Part shown: positions 11,404-21,696 of the stretch, in pieces | Numbering within the stretch: position 1 is the stretch's first letter | How the letters are laid out: each line of letters opens with the position of its first letter | Assembly (NCBI RefSeq): GCF_001315945.1 | Contig: NZ_BBBG01000003.1 | Coordinates: forward strand, 76,468 to 116,467 | Direction of reading: 5' to 3' | Length of the DNA: 40,000 bases | Source: Methanogenium cariaci JCM 10550 | GTDB taxonomy: Archaea > Halobacteriota > Methanomicrobia > Methanomicrobiales > Methanomicrobiaceae | Translations under genes and position numbers: made by a program | Notes under the pieces: model-generated | Told to the model about the DNA's origin: nothing | What the model saw: only the letters and a program-made list of their open reading frames with translations | Databases searched by the model: none

Positions 11404-11782
11404 ACCTGACTCCTCCTAACTGTTCCAGTAGTTCAACCGGTGTTTTCCGGTCTTCCGACGTCGGGCTGATCTCCACTTCATGAATCTTATAGTCGGGCAT
11501 CCCGGTGCCGTGGGTGCAGGCTGCGATGATTGAATTGCAGTGGATACCGTAGGAGACAAAGGCCATCCCTTTCGGCAGCCCTTCATCGGCAACGGCCATC
11601 AGTACGACTTCACCGATCGCACTTGTCACCAGCACATTCTCACCCTCTTCCACGCCCAGTTCCAGCAGGTCCAGCGGATGAATCTGACACCGGGAGGTCT
11701 CCTCGGCATATCCCTGACCCAGTTTGTTCTCGATATATTTCCCCTGCCGGATGGTCCGTCCGGTGTTCAGGATGAACTTCAT
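11390..11782 (-). CDS. fwdD: Formylmethanofuran dehydrogenase subunit D
   Basis: Intact 130-aa ORF: MKFILNTGRTIRQGKYIENKLGQGY...CQIHPLDLLELGVEEGENVLVTSAIGEVVL (molybdopterin-dinucleotide-binding barrel). Confidence 0.88.
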   Translation of the reverse strand: MKFILNTGRTIRQGKYIENKLGQGYAEETSRCQIHPLDLLELGVEEGENVLVTSAIGEVVLMAVADEGLPKGMAFVSYGIHCNSIIAACTHGTGMPDYKIHEVEISPTSEDRKTPVELLEQLGGVRYAGN

Positions 11783-12404
11783 TGGTCCACCCCCCCTTGC
11801 ATACCTTCGACCACGCGTGCCACCCGGATGGCATGGTTCGCGCAGGTCTTTTCACAGGTCTTACAGCCGGTACACTTCTCCGGGTGGATGATACGCATCT
11901 CACCGTTGATAATGCGCATGATCACCTCTTCGCTGGATGCGGTACCCGTCCCTCCCAGATAGGGTCGATCTCTTTATTGATGGGGGGGCAGGCCACCGCA
12001 CAGTTCCCGCACCGGCTGCACAGCACAGGGTCGATGGAGAGATGGAAGGATGACTGAAATGAAGTCTGTTCTGCTTTTTGCGTTTCGAGAATCACCCCCC
12101 CTGTCGTCAAAACATCCTCGGGACAGGCCTCCACACAGAGTCCGCACCGGATACAGTGGCCGGGGGGGTATATCTCCGGGTTCCAGACGCCGTCCGTTTC
12201 AACTACGGCGATGGCGTTCGGTGCGGGACAGATCATCATGCATGCCAGACAATGCGTGCACTCCTTATCGGTGATGGTGGGAAATCCCCCGGAAATGGGG
12301 GGGGCGGGGGGGTGATAAGAGGGGGGGGTCTTCACGGTGAAAAATTTCGTGAGCCACTCGCCACGGGCAAATTCTTTCAGATACCAGATTATTGACGATG
12401 CCAT
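11779..12404 (-). CDS. Polyferredoxin with four CxxCxxCxxxC(P) motifs linking the hydrogenase and fwd genes (EhaP-like); frame break near 11930-11990
   Basis: CTHCLACMMICP, CIRCGLCVEACP and CSRCGNCAVACP in ORF 11922..12422(-). My translation of the next frame gives VIMRIINGEMRIIHPEKCTGCKTCEKTCANHAIRVARVVEGMQGGVDQ*, whose TGA overlaps the fwdD ATG. Confidence 0.75.
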
Positions 12405-12411
12405 CGGTTTT

Positions 12412-13507
12412 TTACCTCTCATTGCATGCGATGCACGGGTCTGAACTGATATAGGTGGAGGTCACATCGGCCGAGGAGTCCACCCCCCCTTTCAGCATGT
12501 AATGCACGCATGCCTCGATATTCATAATGGACGGCGTGCGTATCCCGATCTTTTCTATCCGTCCGAACTCGTCTGTGTCGATGATATACGAGAGTTCGCC
12601 GCGGGGGGGGCTTCACCCGCCCATGTACCGGAGCCTGCTCCGATGACGCCGCCGCCCCCGGATGGTGCCCGGCTCCATCTGTGAAAGACAGCTACGGATG
12701 AGGTTGGTGCTCTGGAATACCTCAAGGAACCGGAGCATTATGCGAGCATAATTGTCCCCCCCGTCATCGAGGAGAACAGATTCAAATCCCAGTTTCTTAT
12801 AGGTCGGGTGGAAGAGTCGGCAGTCGTTGTCCAGATTGCTGGCACGGGCCGTAGGCCCGACCGTGTGTGACTCGATTGCCTCTTCACGGGTAAACACGCC
12901 GACATCCTTGCTCCTGAGGGCGATCATCGAGCCTCCTTCAAACATCCCGACAAACCGGGTGAGTTCGGAGTCGATGTGGTCGAGCATGGTGTGCAGGGAC
13001 TGTTCTTTCTCTTTTGTGAGGTCGAACCGCACGCCGCCGGGGGATGATGTAGGAACAGGTGACGCGTGCTCCGGTGATCAGTTCGAGGGCGTCCATGGCC
13101 GTCTCCCGCAGATTGAGCAGGTACATGGCGAGGGTCTCATGCTCGATGGTGTAACAGTAGGAATAGTTAGCCAGAAGATGGCTCTGAATCCGGTCCAGCT
13201 CGTTTACCACCGCCCGGAGATAGGCCGCCCGGTCGGGGACGGCGATATCACCGATGCGTTCCATGCCTTCGATGTAGACGTAATTGTGTATGACCGAACA
13301 GATGCCGCAGACCCGCTCTGCCAGAAACATGACCTCCTGCCAGGGCCTGCCGACCATGATCCGCTCGATACCTTTCTTTACGTATCCGAGTTCCAGTTCT
13401 GCCTGAACGACATATTCACCACGGGTCTCACACTTAATCCGGCACGGTTCCTTAAAGACCGGATGCACCGGCCCTATGGGAAGGGATACATCAACTGTCT
13501 TTTTCAT
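12412..13507 (-). CDS. ehaO: Group-4 (energy-converting) [NiFe] hydrogenase large subunit, three fragments joined
   Basis: N-terminal Ni-binding motif ERVCGICSVIH (12938..13507). The C-terminal frame I translated reads PRGELSYIIDTDEFGRIEKIGIRTPSIMNIEACVHYMLKGGVDSSADVTSTYISSDPCIACNER*, with the DPCxxC motif. The eha letter comes from operon order only. Confidence 0.85.
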
Positions 13508-13973
13508 TCTTCTCTCCTTTCATAATCACTGAATACCACGGGTGCAAGTGACAGAATCGCTTCCAGAATCTCGGTCGGCCGGGGGGGAGGACACCCCCCC
13601 GGCACCTCTGCTGCGATGGGGGGGATGTGCTTTCGCACCGGCGGGTCGAGATAGGTGCCTTCTCGGTTAAAGACACACCCGGATATGGGACAGTTTCCGA
13701 TGGCGATTGCCGCCTTGGGTTCGGGAATCTTGTCCCAGACCATCTTCAGTTTGTCTTCCCACTGGGGGGGGAAAATCCCCCGGTCACCAGCAGGATGTCG
13801 GCTTCCCGCGGGTTGTTATGCACGTAGATGCCGTACTGTTCGATATCATACCGGGGGGGTGCCAGACAGGCAAGAATCTCGATATCACATCCGTTGCACG
13901 AACCGACATTGACATAACAGACATGGATGGACCGTGAACGGACCGCGTTTTTCATGTCCTGTAATGCTGTCAT
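13504..13973 (-). CDS. ehaN: Group-4 [NiFe] hydrogenase small subunit (NuoB-like), break at the G8 run 13764-13771
   Basis: [30 protein letters not shown]...ADILLVTG, then [14 protein letters not shown]...GCPPRP. The eha letter comes from operon order only. Confidence 0.85.
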
Positions 13974-14368
13974 GAACGGATTACCTCTTGTATCATTGTT
14001 ATTCCTTCATTTATTGCCTGTTCTTTGGTGCAACCGGCGGAAATTTTGTCGTTTGTCTGCTGGATGATGGTGTTCATCTCGTCATCGGTGAGGAGAGGTA
14101 TCTGCCGGGTAATGAGGCTCGCCCCCCCTAATAGGGATTCGACGGACTGATCCGTTTCGGTCTGTTCTCTTTCCCAGACCTCATAGCGTGCCGGAATATT
14201 TTCCAGCAGGGACATGTCATGGAGACTGATCAGTTTTTTTCGGAGGATCTGGCGGCGGACCCCCCCGTATTTTTCACACAGGGCGGCCATTGTCACTTCA
14301 TGAAGCGGGCTGGAGAGGATGATGAGTTTCATCTCCCGCAGATCGTTTTCGTAGAGATAGGTGACCAT
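13970..14368 (-). CDS. Hydrophilic hydrogenase-operon protein (EhaM-like by position)
   Basis: Internal ATG at 14368 ([25 protein letters not shown]...) sits in a TGATG overlap with the upstream membrane gene. Its stop overlaps the small-subunit start. No motif recognised. Confidence 0.45.
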   Translation of the reverse strand: MVTYLYENDLREMKLIILSSPLHEVTMAALCEKYGGVRRQILRKKLISLHDMSLLENIPARYEVWEREQTETDQSVESLLGGASLITRQIPLLTDDEMNTIIQQTNDKISAGCTKEQAINEGITMIQEVIRS

Positions 14369-14618
14369 CAGGCCATCCCCCCCCTGCGACGAGTACGGCA
14401 TAGAGGGCAAAGAGCCCGACACAGATCCAGAGGATACCCATCTCCGCTTTCTTGAGGTGTTCTTCATCTGTCGTCCAGGCGATACCGGTCAGGATGAGGA
14501 ACACCACACCGAGACCGAGTGCCTGCAGAGAGATCTCCGGGTGCAGTGTCACCTGCCACACGGCGATCAAAAGGTAGGCAACGAGGCCGCCGGAGAGGAT
14601 GGTTTTGATTGATGTCAT
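14369..14618 (-). CDS. Small integral-membrane hydrogenase subunit (approximate 3' end)
   Basis: MTSIKTILSGGLVAYLLIAVWQVTLHPEISLQALGLGVVFLILTGIAW...ILWICVGLFALYAVLVAGG. The ORF tail after the G run at about 14377-14384 looks out of frame. Confidence 0.5.
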
Positions 14619-15465
14619 GCGATCAGCCCCCCCAGGATGGCCATCCAGGCCACAAGAATCACGATCGTTACCAGCTGCACCGTCACACAGTCATACGGGC
14701 TGAGCATGGGTGTTACTGCACACACAAACGAGAGCGATATCAGAATGATGAGCATCGCGACCACCAGCAGAACCGGTGATAAGGCTCCCCAGAAGATCGC
14801 GACAAACGTCATCAGCAGGACGACGGTGCGGATGGCATCCGATATCTCCAGACCCGCACGCCAGGCACCGAAGTGCTCGGTCTTATACCCGCTGACAATC
14901 TCCTTTGCCTCGACAATGGAGAAGGGTCCGTAATGCATCTTGGAGAGAATGACCATATACATCGCAATCGCTGCGGGGAACAGACTGAACAGAAGCGGGC
15001 CGTGTATTGCCTGGTACTGCATGATGTCTGATATCATCAGGGATCCAGTGGTAAAGTAGATGCCTGCGACCACGGCAAAGAGGGGTATCTCAGACGAGGC
15101 CGATATGACCGAACGCACACCGCCGAATTTTGCATACGGGGATCCGGGCGATAACCCCGACGCCGTGCTCCACCATTTTCTGCACCATGTAGATGCCGAA
15201 CAAAAGCAGCAGACTGCCGCCGAGGACTACGGTGTAGAGCGCTCCGACCCATATGGCAATGGCAACGAAGACGATGCTGATATAGAGCGGTTTACTCGCG
15301 GTGCGGGGGGGGACCCAGGTCTCTTTAAAGGAGAACTTCAGGGTATGCAGGATCTCCTGCCAGATGGGAGGGCCGGGCCGGCCCTGTATCCGTGCAATGG
15401 CCTTCCGGTGTATCCCCCATAAATAAGAGCCCGAGGAATGGTGCTGCAATCAGATAACCGATCAT
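14615..15465 (-). CDS. NuoH/EchB-like integral-membrane hydrogenase subunit (EhaJ-like), fragments joined
   Basis: MIGYLIAAPFLGLLFMG..HRKAIARIQGRPGPPIWQEILHTLKFSFKE (NuoH-family signature). The hydrophobic continuation is 14615..15118(-). Confidence 0.75.
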
Positions 15466-15469
15466 ATCT

Positions 15470-15676
15470 TTAGTACCCCCCCATAAACGGATAGTCCTCT
15501 TCTCCGTTCCGGTATTTCCAGAGCAGCATGGTTCCCAGAACGAATAGCGGCAGTGCAACGATACAGATGAGTGCCTGTTCGATATCTGACATTAAACCGA
15601 TATACGGTCCGATTCCTCCGATGATGAGGCAAATCAGCGCGACAACGGTTATTATCTGAATTATTTTTCCATTCAT
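15470..15676 (-). CDS. Small integral-membrane hydrogenase subunit
   Basis: 68-aa ORF with two TM helices (IIQIITVVALICLIIGGIGPYIGL, ALICIVALPLFVLGTMLLW) in the operon string. Confidence 0.55.
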   Translation of the reverse strand: MNGKIIQIITVVALICLIIGGIGPYIGLMSDIEQALICIVALPLFVLGTMLLWKYRNGEEDYPFMGGY

Positions 15677-15682
15677 AATATA

Positions 15683-16356
15683 TCACACTGTAAGCATTAT
15701 CTCCACAACTCTCAGGAACATCAAGAGGGAACTGACGTGAATCATAATCACATAGGGCGCACCCGGTGCCCGGAACAGTTCCGCCTTTGCCGCATAGAAC
15801 GGCGCGATACCTTCTCCCATGACTCCCACCAGAATCAGGGCCTTGGCCATGCCCGGCATGGCGGGCGCCATTGCCGAGAGTTCCCAGATGGAGAGCGTCC
15901 CGGTCGCCGCAAGGGTGATTGCCGCTGCGCCGAAGAGGGGGGGATGGTGGCCAGCATCGATATGATGCCGTAGTTGAAGGCCGCGTTCAGCACATGTTTG
16001 TTTTTCACCGATGCCACGATGCCGATGATGCAGATACCCACCATGCTGACAAAGAGGGTGAAGTTAAACACGTCTCCGCTGGTAACAGCTCCCATTGTTG
16101 CAACACCACAGGCAATTGCCATAAAGCGCCGGAAATGCAGATCCTTTCCGGTGACCTCCTTTGCATAGATGGCATCGGTGCCAAAGGCGACGTCCAGCTG
16201 TTTTTCCGGTCTGGAAAAGATACAGATGAGCGTGAATATCAGGGCGAAGAGGAAGAGCGCTCCGGTGTAGGGAGTGAAATAATTCACAATATCCCCCCCG
16301 AACGGCAGCACGAACAGTTCCTGTCCGCCGATACTGGATGAGGGTAGTTCAAACAT
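15683..16356 (-). CDS. Integral-membrane hydrogenase subunit (about 224 aa, two fragments)
   Basis: MFELPSSSIGGQELFVLPFGGDIVNYFTPYTGALFLFALIFTLICIF... continued by 15683..15871(-), ...ALILVGVMGEGIAPFYAAKAELF... Confidence 0.6.
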
Positions 16357-16955
16357 CGTTTTCACCCCCCCGCATGGTTCCCACAAGGGACATCTTGGCG
16401 GTTACTTTGGCAAGGATTGCTCCTCCGGCAAGCATGACGGCAAAGAACCAGTATTCGGGAACGATCATGAAGATAAAGAACGCGACAATCCAGAAGGTCC
16501 ATGCATATCCCGATACGGTCTCGACAAGGGCAAAGCGTTCGGACGATTTCTTTCCCATGAAGTAAAAGACCATGCCGGTGCCTGCGACCGCTCCTCCGGT
16601 AAACCCGGAGAGTACGATGCCGTAAAGGACGAGGATGACCGCGATGATCGTGGGGGGCGGTGTCCATGACCTCAATCCGGAACGGGGCTTTTATGGGACG
16701 GGTCAGGTGTTCCCGGACGAGATATATCTCGGAGAGCGCCATCAGTTCGGATATGCCGACGACAAGGCCGGGGGGGATGATGAGGGCTTCTGCAAGGTCG
16801 GTTGCGATGAGCGCGATGACCGCGAGGGCCGATACCTCGGCAAGGTCGGCAATGATCAGCCGGTGGATGTCGTTTTTCTCCCGGAATGCCGCGACAAAGG
16901 TGATGATGATGGCAACGAGGGCGACACTGAGGCCGATGGTGTATTCATTCATCAT
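16349..16955 (-). CDS. Integral-membrane hydrogenase subunit (about 200 aa), break at the G6 run 16652-16657
   Basis: MNEYTIGLSVALVAIIITFVAAFREKNDIHRLIIADLAEVSALAVIALIATDLAEALI...IEVMDT joins to ...PPTIIAVILVLYGIVLSGFTGGAVAGTGMVFYFMG... Confidence 0.6.
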
Positions 16956-17437
16956 TCGTCCTCCCTCCGGTAAAGGAATGAGGCGATGGCAAAGGCGGCG
17001 AACAGGATACTTGTCTCGACGATGGTATCCAGTCCCCCCCGGGTGTTGTAGAGAATCTCATCGATGATGCCTCCCGGATGGGAGACGATGGTGGTGCCGA
17101 GATACTGGTTTGAGATGGCCATAAGTGCGGAGAGCGGAGTGAGGTATGCGGTCACATATCCCAGGTAGGGGGAGTTCTGCGGGTACTGTGCTGCCACTTC
17201 GGTTGTGCCGAACGGAACTCCTCCCCCCCGGTCGTAGGGGGGGTTCAGGGCAGAAGAGGTGTTGATCTCCTTGGGATAGAGCTGTGTCTCTTCGTATCCG
17301 ATGGGGGCTGCGATGCTAATTATAAGGGCAATACCGGCGATGGCAATGACGATCACCGCATAGATGGCGATCAGGTTGTCGATGTCCGCCATGTAGCGGG
17401 AGAGCTGTTTAATCACAGGGTTCACCCCCCCGTTCAA
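16952..17437 (-). CDS. Membrane hydrogenase subunit with an MnhB-like C-terminal segment
   Basis: 161-aa ORF: IAIYAVIVIAIAGIALIISIAAP...GGLDTIVETSILFAAFAIASFLY. Start uncertain (TTG, G run at about 17421-17427). Confidence 0.55.
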   Translation of the reverse strand: MNGGVNPVIKQLSRYMADIDNLIAIYAVIVIAIAGIALIISIAAPIGYEETQLYPKEINTSSALNPPYDRGGGVPFGTTEVAAQYPQNSPYLGYVTAYLTPLSALMAISNQYLGTTIVSHPGGIIDEILYNTRGGLDTIVETSILFAAFAIASFLYRREDE

Positions 17438-17651
17438 TGACCCGTATCAAAACGATGGTGGCAATCGCGGTCACGGCGACAAACGTCAAAAGCGCGATGG
17501 TCTCATTGTAGGCGAGCATGATCAGCATGAGGCCTGCACCTGCCATTTCTACATGGATCAGCCGGGAGATGTAATCCCTCTCGCGCGGGAAGGCGGAGGC
17601 CGCAACGCCTGCCAGAAGAATGATAAAGCCGAGGATGAGTTCAGGCGTCAT
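17409..17651 (-). CDS. Small integral-membrane hydrogenase subunit
   Basis: 80-aa ORF: MTPELILGFIILLAGVAASAF...AGAGLMLIMLAYNETIALLTFVAVTAIATIVLI. Confidence 0.55.
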   Translation of the reverse strand: MTPELILGFIILLAGVAASAFPRERDYISRLIHVEMAGAGLMLIMLAYNETIALLTFVAVTAIATIVLIRVIERGGEPCD

Positions 17652-17884
17652 CGGTATTCCTCCCGGTGGCCTGAAGAATGAATATCGTCGTCAGGGGGGG
17701 CATGATGATCGCAACCAGTATGGCCACATCAAGGTAGCCCTTCAGTACGATGAGGGGGGATCACCCCCCCGCCCATCATGACGGCAAGCCCGATAAGTTT
17801 GTCAAAGGGACTCGGTTTGATGTAGACCGCGATGACGCCCAGCAGGGCAATCAGGCCGAGGATGAGCATATAGAATTCATTCAT
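17641..17884 (-). CDS. Small integral-membrane hydrogenase subunit (frame break at the C/G run near 17757-17770)
   Basis: MNEFYMLILGLIALLGVIAVYIKPSPFDKLIGLAVMMGGG, then my translation of the next frame, PLIVLKGYLDVAILVAIIMPPLTTIFILQATGRNTDDA*. The stop overlaps the next ATG region. Confidence 0.5.
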
Positions 17885-18141
17885 GTGAAATCCCTCCTGC
17901 ATAGGTGCTGGCAATCGCATTGGCTTCCAGGGTTGAACCGACAAAATAGGCGATGCCTGCGAAAAGTACCATGATGTCAGGGATGGACAGCACAATCAGT
18001 CCCGTGATGGCGAAGTTCATGACGTTCAAAAAGACCAGTTTTTTGAGAGTGTGCTTCTCAGTCAGAATACGGATGACCGCATACAGGGCGACAATCCCGC
18101 ATAGATATGCAGATCATGCCCGCATCATATATGGGAATCAT
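17877..18141 (-). CDS. Small integral-membrane hydrogenase subunit (frame join unresolved near 18080-18100)
   Basis: ATG at 18141 ([10 protein letters not shown]...). The downstream frame reads ...GIVALYAVIRILTEKHTLKKLVFLNVMNFAITGLIVLSIPDIMVLFAGIAYFVGSTLEANAIASTYAGG. Its stop overlaps the next ATG (CATGAATGA). Confidence 0.45.
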
Positions 18142-18631
18142 GCCCGGACCCTCCATATTCTGGTCAGGAGATGGCTTGCATATGGGTGGGACAGTCCCTG
18201 GATGGTGAGGATAGCGATGACCATGCCCGCGATGAAGGCGTCGGCGGGTATCCCGATGAGGCTGAAGCCTGCGATCAGGAATGTGGCGCAGAAGGCGCCG
18301 GTGTTCCGGCGTATCCTGGGTCATGACAGATCCTGTTTCCGACGAATACAAGGGCGGTGGCGATGAGTCCGCCGGGGGGGATACCGGCGACGAACACTCC
18401 GCAGGCCGCAAGCAGGGTTCCTGCGGATGCATCGGGGGGGGAACAGACGATATTTCCCATCATATATCCGCCATTCAGTGCGCCCTTGTCGGCGGCGATG
18501 CTGGTGCCGATGGCAGTTGCACCGCTCACCCCCCCTCCCTTCTCCGGAAGCCTGAATATAATATCAATTGTAATAAAAAGAATCCAGCAGACAAGCGCTG
18601 CAACTATTATGTTTACGACCACGCCGGGCAT
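18138..18631 (-). CDS. First integral-membrane subunit of the hydrogenase operon (about 164 aa, frame break near 18300-18330)
   Basis: [26 protein letters not shown]...[21 protein letters not shown], then my translation [46 protein letters not shown]..., stop in an ATGA overlap at 18138-18141. Confidence 0.55.
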
Positions 18632-18854
18632 TTATTAACTCCGAATAATAACAGATACTCTTTCAGAGGTTTAACATTTCCCATTGTCACAGTAAAATTA
18701 CCGTTTATTATCCTAAATAGGTTAATTGTGGGAAAGATCCGCGTAATGATGGAATAATACCGGAGATTTGGTAGTAAACGGGTTCAATTTTAGGCGGACC
18801 GGGCATACAGTTCTCCATCTGTGAGTATGTATATACCTCTTCAGGGCGACTTTA

Positions 18855-19906
18855 TTGATAATGAAAAGCGCATTCGCGGATCATGATAAACTTGCCCTCC
18901 TGATTATAGGGATTGTGCTGTTTATCACGCTCTACGCTTTCGGTTCTCTGCTGGGTGTTGTCATACTTGCAGTATCTCTTGCCGTTGTTGTCATGCCGCT
19001 GAATACGTGGCTTGCACGGTTTGTTAGTAAACAGGTTGCAGCATTTGCCGTCACGTTTATTGTGAGTATTCTTGCGATTGGTGCGTTGGCGTTTGGTGCG
19101 GTCATACTCTATGGGAATGCAGATTATCTGACGCAGATCATTACCCAGATATATGCTGCGCTTATCGATATGGCGTTGATCCCGCCGGGGGGGATGCAAC
19201 GACTCCGCCGATTGATGTGGCAGGGATTCTGGATTCCCATATGGACACGATTCAGTCGGGGGGGTTCTTTTCGGTGTTGTCCGGGTTTACCGCAGCGATA
19301 TTTAATGTGATTATCTTTTTCCTGGTGTTCTTTATCTTCCTTTTATTTGGAGAACAGATCTGGCAGAACCTGCTGTCCGGTATTCCTGACTCTCTGAAAT
19401 CCTTTGTGAGTCATATCGAGGAAATAAGCTCGAACACCCTGTATTCGATATATATTGTGCATATCTCAACGTCGGTGATCACCTTTCTTCTGGCGATACC
19501 GTTCTTTTATGTGCTGGGATACGGGCATATCATCTTCTGGTCGCTGATCGTGGCATTGTTCCAGCTGATCCCGATCATCGGCCCGACCCTGATTATGATC
19601 TTTTTGGGCATTTATGCGATTGCCATGGGAGATTACCGGGCGGCGGCGCTGATTGCAATTATCGGGTATCCGGTGGTATGCGCTGTCCCTGACCTGCTCT
19701 TCCGGCCGATTATGATGGGGAAGAGGACATCCATTCACCCTGCAATTATGTGGGTCGGGTTCTTTGGCGGGCTGTGGATCATGGGGATTGTCGGGTTTGT
19801 CATCGGGCCTCTTGTGCTGGCACTCTTAGTCGCCTGCGGACGCGAGCTGATTGGGATCATGAAGCGGGCCAAAGAGAACGGGTGGCTGGAGAAGGTGCAG
19901 GTGTGA
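18855..19906 (+). CDS. AI-2E (PerM/UPF0118) family transporter, two fragments joined
   Basis: Fragments 18855..19310 and 19217..19906 are collinear and polytopic. C-terminal half: LFQLIPIIGPTLIMIFLGIYAIAMGDY...PIMMGKRTSIHPAIMWVGFFGGLWIMGIVGFVIGPLVLA. Confidence 0.78.
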
Positions 19907-20029
19907 GGAGAGAATAATAATTCTAACACTCATACCCGTTTTTCCGATTTTTCCGATTTTACCCTGATTTTTTCAACGAGATATACAAGGATTATACCTT
20001 TTTAGTGACAACAATGTTGTCTGTATTTG

Positions 20030-20116
20030 GCGAGGGTTGCCGAGTCGGTCAAAGGCGCTGGGTTTAGGGCCCAGTCTTGTAGAAGTTCGCGGGTTCGAAT
20101 CCCTCCCCCCCTCGCA
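20030..20116 (+). tRNA. tRNA-Leu (anticodon UAG), class II with long variable arm; no encoded CCA
   Basis: Hand-folded. Acceptor GCGAGGG/CCCTCGC plus discriminator A. Anticodon stem CTGGG/CCCAG with loop TTTAGGG. Variable arm CTT-GTAG-AAG. T-loop TTCGAAT. The C7 run 20105-20111 is 3 nt longer than the fold allows (C4 expected), and there is one C:T mismatch in the T-stem. Confidence 0.85.
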
Positions 20117-20126
20117 TGACTTTTTT
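20110..20126. repeat. Left copy of the casposon target-site duplication (attL), spanning the last 7 nt of tRNA-Leu plus 10 nt downstream
   Basis: CCTCGCATGACTTTTTT versus CCCCGCATTTGTTTTTT at 35026-35042, 13/17 identical by hand alignment. Each copy abuts a TIR. Confidence 0.7.
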
Positions 20127-20159
20127 GGGTTATAGTTAGTTGTGAAAAACGCCACTATT
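20127..20159. repeat. Left terminal inverted repeat of the casposon
   Basis: GGGTTATAGTTAGTTGTGAAAAACGCCACTATT is the exact reverse complement of 34993-35025. Confidence 0.9.
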
Positions 20160-20217
20160 CTAAATGTAAACATTCAACAAATATTCTAACTGTTTTGGGC
20201 AAGTTGGATAGGAGATA

Positions 20218-20598
20218 TTAGAAATGTTGCAAAATGATTCTAAAATAAAACCCTACATACACAGAAGCTAGACCAAATAAAAATCCTGATACAAATCTCT
20301 TGGTATTATTACTGGTATAGCTGCTTAAACATTGTAAAAATCCATCAATAATTAAAGGCAATAATAAGACTGGAAGTAAAATAATGGGCAAATGGTAGTT
20401 CATTAATAGTAATATTATACCAATTATGCCTCCAACAAGCATACCAAAGCATCTGGCACACAAGTATCTTTCAATTCCAAAAAACTTAATCGATCTTTCT
20501 GGCATATGATGACAAAAACAAAGGACATATGTTCTATTTTTTATAGTCATTAGTAAAGATAAGCCGTAAGAGTCAAGATTACAAATAGAAAGGTCCAC
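20218..20598 (-). CDS. DUF2085-like membrane protein (casposon cargo)
   Basis: 126-aa ORF: CFCHHMPERSIKFFGIERYLCARCFGMLVGG followed by TM helices. Confidence 0.6.
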   Translation of the reverse strand: MDLSICNLDSYGLSLLMTIKNRTYVLCFCHHMPERSIKFFGIERYLCARCFGMLVGGIIGIILLLMNYHLPIILLPVLLLPLIIDGFLQCLSSYTSNNTKRFVSGFLFGLASVYVGFYFRIILQHF

Positions 20599-21046
20599 AC
20601 ATTATCATAAGATATTATGCATTATTGTTTTATGCTACAATTTTTCAATAAATATTCTGCGGATCTCTTTATCGAATTAATTCCTGGAAAATGTCTGGAG
20701 GATTAATGCCACTCCATTTTGGTTTGAATCCATCACCAAGACAATTCGTTTGAGATCACAATGACCATCCGTTAGATAAATGTATTTTATCTAAATTTCT
20801 TCAGTACAAAAATCTACCTAATATTCACCAATTTCACTGAAGTTTGTTATCTACGTGAATACAAAGCAAACCAAAATCTGTTAAAATATGGCAGTTTACA
20901 ACGACTTTGTTGAAGATTTGGATGCTCCAAATTCTGTGATGGCGTCCGACAGAAAGGATTGATTTGTCATCCAATCCGTCAAAATATGATTAATTGGATT
21001 TTTTTCCTGAATATAAAAAGAAATTCAAGTCAATTAATAATTAGGC

Positions 21047-21535
21047 TTATATTTTCTTGGAGGCCATCATATGATTTTCGTCATTTTCCAAAATGAGCAT
21101 ATGTTTCCCAATCCATCCCTCAACATGATATTCATCAGATTTAATTTTACAGGAAACATAACCCTCGTCAAGGATTTTTTCATCAATAATCTCTACTCTT
21201 ACATTCTTATCTGCAGGCAGTTTACCAACAATTTTTAGGTATTTTCTCTCTGGAGTTTTCCAAACGTTAACAGTATCTCCGATCCAATATTCTGCAGATT
21301 CAGGATCATTTATACACAAATTAATGATCGCATATGTTTTGGTTGGTGTAGGCGTAACAATTGTTTTGGTAGGTGATACTTGAGATGATTCAGGCAGTTC
21401 TCCTATTATTGCTCCCCCAAACTGCTCCAAATATAGTGAAAAATAAAAAGAGTCCAACACATCCAACACATATAATGACAAAATTCTCTTTATTTGATCT
21501 TTTAGGTGGTGAGTCTGGTGATGGTTTAGCTGCAT
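21047..21535 (-). CDS. Hypothetical membrane-anchored protein with an SH3-like C-terminal half (cargo)
   Basis: 162-aa ORF in the AT-rich segment. It has a Thr/Pro linker (TKTIVTPTPTKT). The C-terminus WIGDTVNVWKTPERKYLKIVGKLPADKNVRVEIIDEKILDEGYVSCKI...GWIGKHML resembles bacterial SH3 domains. Confidence 0.4.
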   Translation of the reverse strand: MQLNHHQTHHLKDQIKRILSLYVLDVLDSFYFSLYLEQFGGAIIGELPESSQVSPTKTIVTPTPTKTYAIINLCINDPESAEYWIGDTVNVWKTPERKYLKIVGKLPADKNVRVEIIDEKILDEGYVSCKIKSDEYHVEGWIGKHMLILENDENHMMASKKI

Positions 21536-21696
21536 CCATAATTATATGAGAATATTAATCCTATATATGCCTTTATAATCGTTATTTTTACAAAATAATT
21601 TGCAGAGTGTCTCAAATAACAATTATATTTGCAATATGGGTATTTTATCATTGTATTTTGAATTATCTGGAGTAATTATGTTTAAATATTCATACA

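Noticed and set aside
979-18631. Apparent pseudogenisation of aCPSF1, proteasome beta, fwdA/B/C, both [NiFe] hydrogenase subunits and most membrane subunits.
   Set aside because: The fragments are collinear and full length in total, and motifs are intact on both sides of each break. Breaks sit at or near miscalled homopolymers, and the tRNA shows the same artefact. I treat this as sequence error, not biology.
19941-19990. T-rich direct repeats (TTTTTCCGA twice, then TTTTACCCTGATTTTTT) between the AI-2E gene and the tRNA.
   Set aside because: They are probably just oligo-T archaeal termination signals or tRNA promoter context. They are too short to call a repeat element.
19973-20173. 66-aa minus-strand ORF across the tRNA-Leu and the left TIR.
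   Set aside because: It overlaps a well-folding tRNA and the casposon end, so it is spurious.
20599-21046. A 450-bp AT-rich gap in the left cargo arm that might hide a small gene or RNA.
   Set aside because: No ORF of convincing length, no repeat structure and no foldable RNA motif that I could support by eye.
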